A DNA stretch of 64,000 nucleotides, taken from positions 103,356,001 through 103,420,000 of the forward strand of contig CM059432.1 in NCBI GenBank assembly GCA_030390025.1, written 5' to 3'. The notes under the pieces were generated by a model, which saw only the letters and a list, made by a program, of their open reading frames with translations, did not search any database and had not been told where the DNA came from. The stretch is from Squalus acanthias (taxonomy: Eukaryota). Every line of letters starts with the position of its first letter. The first letter of the stretch is position 1. Below are positions 24,601 through 37,140 of this stretch, piece after piece. A program made the position numbers and the translations under genes.

Positions 24601-25453
24601 ACAGTTGAGGCTAACTGTATCGATGGCTGGTTCATTAATTTTCAGGGAGCTCATCAACATACTTATCTCTCATTGTCCCAATAGCTCCAGCCTGTCTTCC
24701 TCAATCGAGATAAAGGTAAGGATGTTTGACCCTTCAAGATAAACCTTTACAATCCTGAATTTTCCCCCCTGTACCATGGGGAAGCCCAATATTCTGACAA
24801 AGCCACATGCGCGCTCCTCCGTCTCTCTGTTCAGAGAAAAGACAATGAAGTACCTTCTGCTGGAGTACAGAGCACCTGTGACCTCCTGGATGCAGCAATG
24901 GACGGCGAACTGGGAGATATTAACTATGTCACCTGTTCCAGACTGGAAGGACCCGGTGGCGAAAAAAATTGAGGGCCACGGTGACCTTGAGGGGCACTGG
25001 CTGCCCTGCTCTGAGGCTGCAGGTCTGGCTGCAGGAGGGGGCAGAGTTCAGTGACCACTTTCTTAGTAAAGCGGAGCCTCTGAATACACTGCTCCTGGCT
25101 TAAATGCAGGTAGGAAAAGTGCTCTCGGAAGACCTTAGGTGGGTAAGGCCTCCTGATGAGAGCCCTCCTGCCCCTCCTCCTCCACCCGCAGAAAGCAGCT
25201 TGTCCTCTTCTTTGCTGCCTCTGTTCCATCTCCCTGTCATGCTCGAGCAAGTAGAGCCCTCATGGCTGGGAGAAAATGGTCTGAGCAGAACCCTTGAAAT
25301 CAGAAGCAAGGCCTTCTTCACTTGCAGCAGCACTCCCTGTCACCTCACCAACTTTAAATATCTGTAGAAACTTACAGAGGCAGTAAAAATCAAAAAGCAA
25401 GTCACCTGCAAGTTGTTGATGTTCCCATTAAATACCACTGTCATAGAGTCATA

Positions 25454-26297
25454 GGGCTGGATTTTCTCAATAGAGACGAGTTGGAGGCGGGACTGCTGCT
25501 TGTCGGGTCAATGTCCCGCCTCCATCATCTTCTGACCAACCAGAGGGATTTTCCCCTGATTGACCTTGTTAAGCCCGCCCTGCAGGCTCAGCAGGCCAAT
25601 TAGGGGGAAAGTCACTGACAGAGCACGTCAACGTCTGACGTGCTATCTGTCAAGATCTTGAAAGAAGAAATGTCAGCGTTTGACAGCTCTGTGAAGCTGT
25701 CAAACACTGACATTCTCTGTAGTTTGATGAGGCCTTGTATTCAGGATTCATCAAACCTTTCAACTTTGTAGATTTCAGATGGCTGTTGGGTCGGAGAATC
25801 CAACAGCCAGTCTGTGAAATCGACAAGGAAGATGTCGGGTCTCCCGATCCAGAGAGGATGAAGGTTGTAGGCAGAAAACAAGGTAAGTGAACATTTTTAA
25901 ACACTTATCACTCACCTTCCATACATACCACTCCACACTTGCACCCATTACTCACCTCTACATCTTACTTTCAGGTCCCTCCAACCCCCGTAGACCTCCG
26001 TCGCGTCTCCTCCAACCCGGCGGGGTTCTCCGAGGTCGGGAAGACTTCACCTGAGAAGGTAAGATGGCACTAATCCTTTTTTCTGCCTGTCAACTACCTG
26101 TTAACAGGCAGTTAAAAGGATTAAATGCCTTTCCCGCCTCCAGGAGACGGGACCCGAAGCAGCACATCTTCCCGCCTCCTGGCAAAAGGGCACAGAGGCG
26201 GGATGGGGGCAGGTTTGCCATCCGCCCCCACTTTCTGCTACTTTACTGGCAGTCCCGCCTCTATGCCCGCCTCCTCAGGGCTGAGAAAATCCAGCCC
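25454..26297. mobile_element. Harbinger-type MITE A, TSD ATA, in the CR1 tail
   Basis: Perfect 16-bp TIR GGGCTGGATTTTCTCA / TGAGAAAATCCAGCCC, with ATA on both sides. Confidence 0.9.
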
Positions 26298-26308
26298 ATA
26301 GAGTCATA

Positions 26309-27141
26309 CGGCTGGATTTTGTCAAGGGGAGCTTTTGGAGGCGGGACTCCCACTTGTCAGGTTTTAGTCCCGCCTCCATCAACTTGTGGCCAACGCACGC
26401 TATTTTCCCTTGATTGACCTTGTTAAGCTCGCCCAGCGGGCTTAGCAGGCTAATAAGGGAAAGCCGGTTACAGGTGACGTCAGCAAGTGACGTTTCATCT
26501 GTCAAGAGCTTTTGACAGATGAAATGTCAGTGTTTGAGAGCACTGTGAAGCTGTCAAACATTAACAATCTGTCCTCTAACTTCAGTCCTGTCACTCAGGC
26601 TGAGTTAGAGATCTCTCCTGAGCAGAAAGCAGAAGGCTGCAGCTTTTGACAGTTCAGCGGTCATTCTGCTTTCTGTGCCGGTGAGCTGAGGGACTCCCGA
26701 GACCTGAAGGGAGGAAGTCTGCAGGAAGAAGTAAAGGTAAGTAAAACTTATTAAAACACTTTACACTCACCTCACACACTTACCTCTGCACACATGCACC
26801 CAACACTCACCTGCACACCGGACATCTCGGCCCCTCCGACCCCCGCAGACCAACGGACCACCTCGCTGACCCTGGCAAGGTTCGGAGCCGTCAGGAAGCC
26901 CACACGTCAGGGCTGAAAATAGGGATTCTCAAAAAAATTGCCTGTTAACTATCTGTTAACAGGCAGTTAATTGGCACAAATCCCCTTCCCGCCTCGAGGA
27001 GACGGGACCCTGCGCGGGTCGGATACCCGCCTCCTGGGAAGATGGCACGGAGGTGGGGTGGGTACCCGCCCCCAGATTCTGCCATTTTCCCGGCAGTCCC
27101 GGCTCCAAACCCGCCTCCCCAGGGCTGGCAAAATCGCCCCC
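26309..27141. mobile_element. Harbinger-type MITE B (relative of A), TSD ATA, in the CR1 tail
   Basis: CGGCTGGATTTTGTCA / TGGCAAAATCGCCCCC, with ATA on both sides. Internal similarity to MITE A. Confidence 0.85.
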
Positions 27142-28519
27142 ATAGAGTCATAACGGCACAGAAGGAGGCCATTCGGCCCATCGAGTCGGTGCCGGCTCTC
27201 TGTAGAGCAATCCAGTCAGTCCCATTCCCCCGCTCTATCCCCGTAGCCCTGCAAGTTTATTTCCCTCAAGTGCCTATCCATTGTCCCCTTGAAAACATTG
27301 AGTGTGCCCGCTTCCACCACTTCCATTGGCAGCGAGTTCCAGGTCCTCACCACTCGCTATGTAAAAAAGTTTTTCCTCAAAACCCCCCTGTATCTCTTGC
27401 CCAAAACCTTAAATCTGTGTCCCCTAGTCCTTGTACCATCAACTAGTGGGAACAGCCTTTCCCCGTCTAGCCTATCCAAACCCGTCATAATCTTGTACAC
27501 CTCTATCAAATCACCCCTCAACCTCCTTTGCTCTAATGAAAACAAATCCAGCTTCTCCAATCTGTCCTTGTAGCTAAGATCCCCCATCCCCGGAACCATT
27601 CTGGTAAATCTCCTCTGCACCCTCTCAAGTGCCTTCACATCCTTCCTAAAGTGTGGTGACCAGAACTGGACGCAATACTCAAGTTGTGGCCTAACCAGCA
27701 CTTTATAAAGGTTCAGCATAACTTCTCTACTTTTGTACTCAATACCTCTATTTATGAAGCCCAAGATCCCATATGCTTTGCTAACCACTCTCTCAATATG
27801 TTCCGCCACCTTCAGGGACCTATGCACATTAACTCCCAGGTCCCTCTGTCCCTGCACATTCTTTAAAACTGTGCCATAAAGTGTATATTGCCTCTCCCTG
27901 TTCCTTCTGCCAAAATGCATCACCTCACACTTCTCTGTATTAAATTCCATCTGCCACTTGTCTGCCCATTCTGCTAGCCTTTCTATGTCCTGTTGCAGTC
28001 GATTGGTATCATCCTCACTGTTTGCCACACCCCCAAGTTTGGTGTCATCTGCAAATTTAGAAATTCTACTCTGCATTCCAATATCCAGGTCATTTATATA
28101 TATCAAAAAAAGCAGTGGCCCCAGCACTGACCATTGGGGAACACCACTGTCTACCATCCTCCAGTCTGAAAAACTGGTGGGGGGTTTCTCGTGCAGCTGA
28201 ACGCACATTCAGCTGTTTGTGTTTTGGAGAGGGCATTGAATGGAGCGGTGGTGTCCAAAATGGCAGGCCGTGCGTCAAATCAGCGTTGCACACTGATTGG
28301 CATCACGATCTGACTGATTAGTATTTTTCTGGTGAACACAGGCAACGGTTGCGCTGCCGACCTGCCCAAAATGGCAGACACCGCGGACTGTGCCGGAAGT
28401 GGGTGGAAACGAGGCCACCTCTATTTTTATGCCGAAACCGGCCTTAACAACTGGTGCTAATTTCACGGCCAATAGTCCTTAATTGTGAAAGAAACAAAGT
28501 TGCAAAGATTCAGGATTAT

Positions 28520-29075
28520 TAGGAACATAGGAACAGGAGTAGGCCATTGAGCCCCTCGAGCCTGTTCCGCCATTCAATGAGATCATGGCTGATCTGTGAC
28601 CTAACTCCATATACCCGCCTTTGGCCCATATTCCTTAATACCTTTGGTTAACAAAAATCTATCAATCTCTGATTTAAAATTAACAATTGATCTAGCATCA
28701 ATTGCCATTTGCGGAAGAGAGTTCCAAACTGCTACAACCCTCTGTGCGTAGAAGTGTTACCTACTTTCACTCCTGAAAGGTCTGACTCTAATCTTTAGAC
28801 TCTGCCCCCTCGTCCTAGACTCCCCAACCAGCAGAAATAGTTTCTCTCTATCTACCCTATCTGTTCCCCTTAATATTTTGAAAACTTTGATCAGATCACC
28901 CCTTAACCATCTAAGTTCTAGGGAATACAACCCTAATTTGTGTAATCTCTCCTCGTAATTTAACCCTTGGAGTCCGGGTATCATTCTGGTAAACCTACGC
29001 TGCACTTCCTTCAAGGCCAATATATCTCTCCTAAGGTGTGGTGCCCAGAACTGCTCACTGTACTCCAGGTGTGAT
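28520..29075 (-). mobile_element. CR1 3' fragment
   Basis: ORF 28757-29020 (VQRRFTRMIPGL..LRGDLI) and tail TAGGAACA repeats. Confidence 0.85.
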
Positions 29076-29320
29076 TATCAGAAGAATTAAAGGGGAGGTT
29101 AGAATTTTTTTTCAAAACAGAGGTTTCTTAGGACATTGGATTCTATATCGTAATTAGCTATTGAGGCAGAGACTATAATATCTTTTAAAATTGAAATGGA
29201 TAGATATTCAAAAGAATATAAAAGGATACAGGGAACGAGCAGCAAAATAATACTAGAGTACCATTGGAAAGCATGAGCCAAATGGCCTGCTTCTATACTA
29301 AAATTTTGATGATTCTATCT
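29075..29320 (+). mobile_element. Old CR1 3' fragment
   Basis: TTTTTCAAAACAGAGG..GGATAGATAT..GAGCCAAATGGCCTGCTTCT..TGATTCTAT resembles the CR1 3' end. Confidence 0.6.
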
Positions 29321-29565
29321 TGGCGCTTTGATTTAGGGTTTTTCCACTAGAGGTAACTGCACTAGAACAACCATTTCCAAATATCCAGGTCTGTGTAGTT
29401 CAAATAAAACAAATCAGTAAGTAAGAAGTACAAGCACAAATAGAAGTGAATCGAGTTGACAGTTTGCTGGGACTTGCGTGCCACATGTGACCCACCAACT
29501 CTATTTTGGATACCCCAGCTGTAAGTTAAAGGGAAGATTTAATTTGCAATGCATTTAAAAACCAA

Positions 29566-29741
29566 GGACATGAATCTCCGTGGGAGTTCTCCTCTTCAGC
29601 CAATGAAACTTCAGAAGAAGAGCTGTGGAAACCCCTGAAAAACGGCGTAAATGCTTTTTACACATTTTTCCTGCGGTTTCCGCTGCTTTTCTGGTGAAGT
29701 TACGGTGGACTAGCGGGAGGACCCCTGTGGAATTTCACCCC
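29566..29741. mobile_element. Short palindromic MITE
   Basis: Imperfect inverted arms TGAATCTCCGTGGGAGTTCTCC / GGAGGACCCCTGTGGAATTTCA. Confidence 0.5.
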
Positions 29742-31224
29742 GAATATCTTATTTTTTCCAACTATGGCCCTGAATATCCTCGCTATCAGTTGTGTCATTG
29801 TTGCGCCGGAAAGTTAACTCGTTCACCAACAATTAGGAACCAGGAATTACCCACAAGTTTCCCGGTAAGTTAATTTAAATATTTGGTGTAGCTGTGATGT
29901 AACTTGAGTGTAGAAACTGTAAGTTGCTGATACTCCCTCTCCCAGGAACTTTTGTGGAACAAGGGTGTAACTCTTTACAGATGCCCGGCAGCAGCTCAAC
30001 ACTGTCCGACAGCAAGGTAAGTAGCCGACAAGTGATTTCGCTGGCAATTTCCACTAAATTACTTGACGGCATCTCTCACCCACAGCATTGGTCCAGATTG
30101 GAACCATCATGCCCACTTAGGTACCAGCTGTGCCCACTGGGCACCACACCAGTGCAGCAGGCAGAAGAAGGACAACCGACTTCTCTGATGAAGATCTACA
30201 GACCTCTTTCAAGAGGTACAAGAAAGGAGCCTCACACTTCTGGGTCTTCCTTTCACCAAGCCATCAGCCATGGCACCTGCAGGGAGCTCCCACTGGCACT
30301 GACTCCCAATCCCTCACATTCAGGACTAATCAACAGTGCAGAAAGAAGAGAAAACACTTCACAAGGGCAGGCAAGGGGAACATGTCATCACACACTCCCA
30401 TTCCTCCCTCCCCACCCTGAGCACCACCACTCTCTTCACCCTCTTAAAGCAACACTCACAATAATAACCCTTCATACAATACTCTGGGTAAGGGTGACTA
30501 CAATTCCCCTAATACACACCAACTGTCTGGCACAATCCCAAAACACCTTCCTCCACTCCAACATCCCCACATCCCACATTTCACACTTCACTTCTCCCAT
30601 CACAATTGTTACCACTTTTTAATTGACACCCTTATCCTCACACACAACCTTTCAACCCTTCAGCTTGCAATAAAACACTGTTTGCTTTTAAATACACTGG
30701 GCACTTGTCTCATGATTTGTTATTTATGAATGTTATAGTAAATCAGGAAATAGGCCATTCAGTAGGTTCAGACATCTTCATACAGGTGATGATTCCTGGC
30801 AAGATCCTAATGGCCAAAGAGATCTGTTTTGATGTCATCTGGTAGGGTGTGTAGAAGAAGGGATGGCTGAGGTCCTGCCAAAGCAGTCGATCGGTTGATG
30901 AAGACGTCCTACAGGATCTGCCCTCTGATGCCCCCTGCAGCAGTGAGTGAAGTCAGCCCTTCCTTTGCATCACAGACCAGCTGGACGTCCTGGGAAAAGA
31001 AGCCTTTCCTATTCATATGTGTCAGTGGCTGCTTGGTTTCTGCCTTCAGGGCCACGTGTATGCTATTGTGGCAGCCTGAACCCTGCGGAATCCAGCTATC
31101 CTGTAGAAGTCCCTGGCTCTGCTGCCTGGGGGTGATGCTGAAGTGGCAGAATCTGCCTGCTCTATGAAAGAGGGCATCCGTCACCTGCATGATGCACGGC
31201 CTGACAGCTCCCTGATTAACGTTG

Positions 31225-31575
31225 CACAGAGGAGGGGTTCTGACAGGGTAAATAATGAAAAACTGTTTCCATTGGGAGGGTCAGTAGCCAGAGGACTCAG
31301 ATTTAAGATAATTGGCAAAAGAACCAGAGGCGAAATTAGGAGAATTTTTTTATATGCAGCATGCTGTTGTGATCTGGAATGCACTGCCTGAAAGGGTGGT
31401 GGAAGCAGATTTAATAGTAACTTTCTTTAGGGAATTGGATATGTACTCGAAAAGAAAAAATGTGAAGGGCTATGAGTTAAGAGTAGGGAAATGGGACAAA
31501 TTGGTAGCTCTTTCAAAGAGCCAGCAAAGGCACGATGGGCCGAATGGCCTCCTTCTGTGCTATAAGATTCTATGA
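31225..31575 (+). mobile_element. CR1 3' fragment
   Basis: WNALPERVVEA and 3' hairpin GGGCCGAATGGCCTCCTTCTGTGC. Confidence 0.8.
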
Positions 31576-32261
31576 GATCTCCTGTGGAAGCCTGAAAGTA
31601 CCAGAGCCATAAATGTTGAGGGCTCTTGTCACTTTAATTACCACAGGCAGAGCAGTTGTGGCAATAAGGCAGATCTTTGTGATGAAGTTGGCAGAGATGC
31701 TCAATCCTTGGAGAGGCACTGCTGTTGCAAGCAGAGCTCCTTGGAGAGCTCCACGTAGGACCAGTGTGGCGTGTACACACTTTGGGGAGTGTAATACCTG
31801 ATGGGCTGCTGACACCAGCCAGGCTGCCTGATTCTCCTGGCCTGGACACGCTGCTGCTACAACTCTGCTATTATGATGGCATAGAATGGTATACCCATGG
31901 GGAAAGTCATCCCTTGTTCAAAGTCGATCTGAGCCTCGGTTTGGGGTAGGGCAAGTCGAGGGTCTCTTTTTTCCTGGAAAGAGGAAAATGCTAGGGTAAA
32001 ATGAAGTGCAAGTGTCAGTGATTGAAGAAAATGAAGGAACGGGTCTATAGCATTTTTTGGAAGCCTGTAATCTATAAATGAAGTCGGTGCCCTCTTCAGC
32101 TCACCAGCTCCTCACTTACAATTGTCTGAAGTGCTGGGGAGCTGTTAGACTGTTTTTGGGTGTAAAGTTTACACCGATTGCAGGAGTAGTGTAAATGTAG
32201 GATACTACAGTGTACGTGAACAGTGCAGCTATGCAAATGAGCCCTGAGGGGCTTTGACGAG

Positions 32262-32660
32262 CATAGGAACAGGAGTAGGCCAATCAGCCCCTCGGGCCTG
32301 TTCCACCATTCAATTAGATCATGGCTGATCTGTACCTCCATCAACTCCGTCTACCTGCCTTTGATCCTTATCCCTTACCTAACAGAAATTTGTCAATCTC
32401 CATCCTAAAATTTCAATTGACCCAGCATCCACAGCCTTTTGGGGGAATGAGTTCCAGATTTACACTACCCTTTGAGTGAAAAAGAGCTTTTTATTTAACT
32501 CCTGGAAGGCCTAGCTCTAATTTTAAGATTGAGCCCCCTTGTTCTGGATTCCTCCACAAGAGGAAATAGCTTCTCTCTATATACCCTATCGAATCCCTTT
32601 ATCATATTAAACACTGCGATTAGATTACCCCTCAACCTTCTAAACTCAAGGAAATACAAG
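32262..32660 (-). mobile_element. CR1 3' fragment
   Basis: CATAGGAACAGGAGTAGGCC tail; similar to 28520-28930. Confidence 0.8.
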
Positions 32661-34935
32661 GTTTGCACTGTTAAAAAGATTGAGGAATTTTGTGTTTAGC
32701 ATAATAATGGTGAATAAGCGGGGTAATACGCTAAAATTCAAATTTCCTCACTCTTTTTGACGCAGTAAGTGCTGACGACAATGAGGAAATTCAGGGCCTA
32801 TATAACCTTTTATACAAATCTCTATATTTTATAAAATTTTGTCTTCACAAATGGTTTTCCTTTTAGATTTTTATCAGGTACCGCATCTGTGTGTATGATC
32901 CAGTTAATAGATGACTGTTAATTAACTACTTTACATTCAAACCCATCTTGTTTCCTAATCTTTATTTACAAATTTACATATGGAAATCACATTCAGTTTG
33001 AATCAAGCTGATCTGAAGTGAATGTGATATTAGTATTTACACTGCCCTCTGCCCAGACATTGTTCATATGCCAGACAGTATTAAATTGCACCAGCCCAGG
33101 AGATGCACTGTTATTTTCCTCAAGGCAGAAAGTGACCGCGGTCTCAAATCAATCTGTTTCTCCCATTCTGAGTTGAATCACATTCATATGTGGCCAGCTT
33201 CAAGTGGCACCAGGTCGTTTTTAGAATTTGTACTCCACACGAAGATTTGGATAAATAACTGAATCCTGTACAATAGCAATTTAATGTGAAACAGCTGCAA
33301 ACTCAGGATAAATGTAAATATGTAGCTGTTAGAGAAATGCCTTTAATTATGTGTGCTGAGCTGTAGGTAGGTAATGAGTGCCTTAACCCTCCGCCCTCTT
33401 CGGAAGACAGTTTGTTTCAGTAAAAAGTGTTTTTTTGGTGAAAGCAAAGAGTGCTGGATTTTATAATGGCGCAATGATCATTAGAACATTTCCTTAGTAA
33501 GTTCTAACTTAAAATTAAATACCAGCCGATTTCATTTAAAACAACATGTTTCTTTATTCAGCTTGCCTAGAATGTGCCCACTAAAATGGTTTCAAAGGAA
33601 GCACAGGGTGTCATCCTTGTTTTAGAAGTTGTATTCTTGTTCAATCATTATAGTCAACAGTTTATGTAATTATACCTGTAACTTTATTAAAATTACAGCC
33701 GTGCCTCAAACATATTCACAAAATATAACTGGAGCAGAAAGCATGTGCTTTCTATATACCCTGTCGAATCCCTTTATCATATTAAACACCACGATTAGAT
33801 CACCCCTCAACCTTCTAAACTCAAGGAAATACAAGCTTTTATTTATCCAGAACAAGGGGTCTAAATAACTGAAGCAAATTTGTAACAATTAGAGAAATCA
33901 TATAGAAAATTGTAATTTGGAACAGGCTCTCGCATATGGTGGTTTAGATAACATCAAAGCAGAACTCACAGGATGTATGTTGCTACCTCAGCCCAGAAAT
34001 TGTGTTACACTCCCAGTTTCTTTTTAAATACATACTGTTGCTTAACATTTCAGTGCTTGCCTGTAGACTTGTACTATCAGAGATCATACCTTCCAATGTT
34101 GTCACTATTGTGGCTATCCGCTCTTTATATAATGTCATGTCATGTGACAGGAAGAGAGGTGCTATTATAACTTTAGGTGAAGGATATAATGACTTCTGCT
34201 GGCAGGGAGAGGGTTTAATGCGAAATAATCAACTGTTTTACAGAGGCTTGATACTCCTGTGGGCATTATGGGCGTGGTGTTGTCCTAAAACTCCGATCCT
34301 TATTTTTCCTTAATTGGCTGCCTTCCAGCTTTTCTTTCTCACTCTCTCTCTATCACTGTTCTGATGAATCCACCTGTAGACAGCACAGCACCATGCGTTT
34401 CAATGTGCTACATAGCAGATTGCTTGAAGCAGTGCTGTAGTGGGCAGGTGCTGAGGGGGATACCACAGGGAGCCATAAAGGGAAGGGGATGGGAGATAAA
34501 GAGCCAACTCATGAGCAAATTATTTTCTTGGCATAACATATTGTACAGAAGTTGGCGAAGCAGCATTAAGAACAGCAACACAATTTTTTTTAAATGGCAA
34601 CTAATCTCTCCAAACCCATGTCCCCGTTGTCAGTCATGAGTCCATTATTTAAATATGGTTGTATTTCATTGTTTTAGTGACAAGTCAGAAAGAAAGGAAA
34701 ACACAGCACATTACCAAAATGAGAGCTGATTAAAAAGAGTTTTCAATAGCAAGGATACAACTCCACCATATGGAAACAAAGACCTTTTTAATTAGATACT
34801 AATATATCTCCTGTGGTGTTGCTTGCAGGCTTAGGATGAGGCCTTGCTGTGTGGACAGCAGGGCTGTGTGCGGGGGAGGCACAGAAAGAAAGTTTTTTTC
34901 AAAAAATGAATAAAGTACATCTAATTCAAGTGAAC

Positions 34936-35295
34936 TTGGCTCAGTAGTAGCGTGTTAGTCTCTCAGTCAGAAGGTTGTGGGTTCAAGCCCCACTCCAGAA
35001 CGTGAGCACATAATCTAGGCTGACGCTTCAGTGCAGTACTGAGAGAGTGCTGCAATGTTGAAGGTGCTGCCTTTTGGATGAGGTGGTAAATCTGCTTTTT
35101 CTGATGGAGGTAAAAAAATCCATGACACTATTCAAGAAAGATCAGGGCGTTGTCCTGGCCAACAATCCCTCAAACAACACTATCAAAATTGGCTGCCACA
35201 TTAGCCTTCATAACAACAGCAGCTATACCACTGAAGTTAACTTGTTAGCCGTGAGCTGCTTTGGGACATCATGAGGATATTTAAGTACAAGTTCA
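34936..35295 (+). mobile_element. tRNA-derived DeuSINE-like SINE
   Basis: A box TGGCTCAGTAG, B box GGTTCAAGCC, central CAGTGCAGTACTGAG..GTGCTGC..GGATGAG, and tail GCTTTGGGACATC. Confidence 0.75.
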
Positions 35296-36474
35296 TTTTT
35301 CTTCCTATATTGGGTCTGTGATCAATGCAGGTGAAGACACCAGCAGACTCAAGTCTCTCTGCATCTGCCTGATGATAAATTGAATTGCATTAGTAATTTT
35401 ATTTTTTTTAAATTGCACTGGCTTGAATAATAGACATTTGCATGTAAAGTTCTCTGAAGATTCACATTGCGGCTGAAATGTGTTTGCGGTTAGATCTTGC
35501 TGTGAAACAGGGGGTTGTAATGAGAGGTGCGGACTGTAATGATGGGTATAAAATTATTTTGTAATCTGCCTCACCCACTCCCATTATTTGAGCCTCTGTC
35601 ACACATCCCACCTCACTGGTCCACAGCTCTACCACAAACACATTAGATGAATCAGAAAGCTAACAATGGTTGGGCCTTAGTCATACCTCCCACCCTTTTA
35701 ATGAAATATGTCAGACTGAACAACAGCATCAAAATAGACCCTAAGAGCACAAAAAGAGTTATTAAATATAGAAATTAATGGTGCAATGGTAGGAGTGAAA
35801 TGGTACAGGTTGTTTTACAACAATTTGCAACCCCTCATCTTCAACACTAATTTCAAAAATAGACAAAACAGTGTGGGCAGTAATTTTTCACTTCCAATCG
35901 TCACAAATGTGAATAAGCACTTTTTGGTACTGTATTCACGAACAACAAAAACCTAACAAACAATGTCCTAAGTACTTCTACAAAGCTGTTCCTTACTCTT
36001 CAGCTTCCAGAATTTGCAGCAGAATCTAAATCTTTTTCAGACTGTTGATTCACTAGAAGTTAAGGCTTAGAATTTCCTCTTCAATGTTATTACCGTCAGA
36101 ATGGCTATTGGCGGGTATGAGACAGGCTCAAATGGAATTGTTCTGTTTTCACCCAATATTTCTAGATCAGCTCAACAGCATAATTGCAGGTGTAGATTTG
36201 GACTAATCTAGCACACAAATCAAATTTAAATGAATAATGACAATTAAAGATGATTAAAGAAGATAGGAAGACAAAAATTCTGAAAGCCTCAGAGGGCATC
36301 TCAACAGATTAGCAGCCTTTTTATTTGTTCTTGGAATATGGGTGATACTGTATTTTATTGCCAATCCCAAATTGTCCTGAACATATTAAGAGTCAAAGCA
36401 CATACTGTAGCACTGGAGTCACATGTAGACCAGAACAGGTCAGAGGTGACAGGTTCCCTTCACGAAAGAACATT

Positions 36475-37140
36475 GGCCCAGATTTTGCGATGAGAATAAG
36501 TGTGAGACCAGCAACGCTCACCGTTATAACGGAGAATATCTGACAACAACTTCTGGAGTACGCACATAGAACATAGAACATAGAAACATAGAAAAATAGG
36601 AGCAGGAGTAGGCCATTCGGCCCTTCGAGCCTGCTTCACCATTCAATATGATCATGGCTGATCCTCTATCTTAATACCATATTCCTGCTCTCTCCCCATG
36701 CCCCTTGATGCCTTTTGTGTCTAGAAATCTATCTATCTCCTTCTTAAATATATTCAGTGAATTGGCCTCCACAGCCTTCTGTGGTAGAGAATTCCACAGG
36801 TTCACCACCCTCTGAGTGAATGCGCAGTTAAATGCGGAAATCCAGAAGTTGCTGTCAGAGATACCCTGCTCCTCCACAGTTTGCGCTATAACAGTCCTCA
36901 CCGATAGACGTGGCACTGAAATCACTGTAATGGCGTGAACTTGGGGAACTTACCCACTCGTTCTGCACTAAAGATGCCAGAAAAAGTTAGGGCTAGTACA
37001 TTCAGGAGTAAGTGAATTTTTAATGACATGATAAGTGATAATTACTGCCAAACAACCTCTCTGGCCCTGAAAATTTTATTTTACAAGTGTAAAATTACTT
37101 CCTTAAGGAATTATTTAGAGTTGAAGATTTTTAAAAATTG
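36475..37140. mobile_element. MITE (reverse relative of 60654-61406) interrupted by a CR1 tail fragment at ~36565-36818
   Basis: Starts GGCCCAGATTTTG. GCGCAGTTAAATGCGGAAATCCAGAAGTTGCTGTCAG is the reverse complement of 61279-61315. Confidence 0.6.

Larger units (their letters stand above)
25441..28172 (-). mobile_element. CR1 LINE 3' part (body 27142-28172) with a (TATGACTC)n tail split by MITEs
   Basis: ORF 27357-28208 (GVPQWSVLGP, FADDTKL, LEYCVQFW). Tail units at 25441-25453, 26298-26308 and 27142-27152. ACTG direct repeat at 25437 and 28173. Confidence 0.9.
24771..28470 (-). mobile_element. Harbinger relic (transposase N-terminal part 24771-25300 and terminus 28173-28470), interrupted by CR1 and two MITEs
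   Basis: RRPYPPKVFREHFSYLHLSQEQCIQRLRFTKKVVTELC is homologous to the 43022-44215 product. Terminal AATTTCACGGCC. Confidence 0.8.
29765..32798. mobile_element. Highly degenerate Harbinger (Myb relic ~30160-30375 on +, transposase relic ~30750-31900 on -) with CR1 insertions
   Basis: Ends GGCCCTGAATATCCTC / GAGGAAATTCAGGGCC. DFSDEDLQ..RTNQQCRKK; HVALKA..NRKGFFSQDVQLVCD. Confidence 0.7.
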
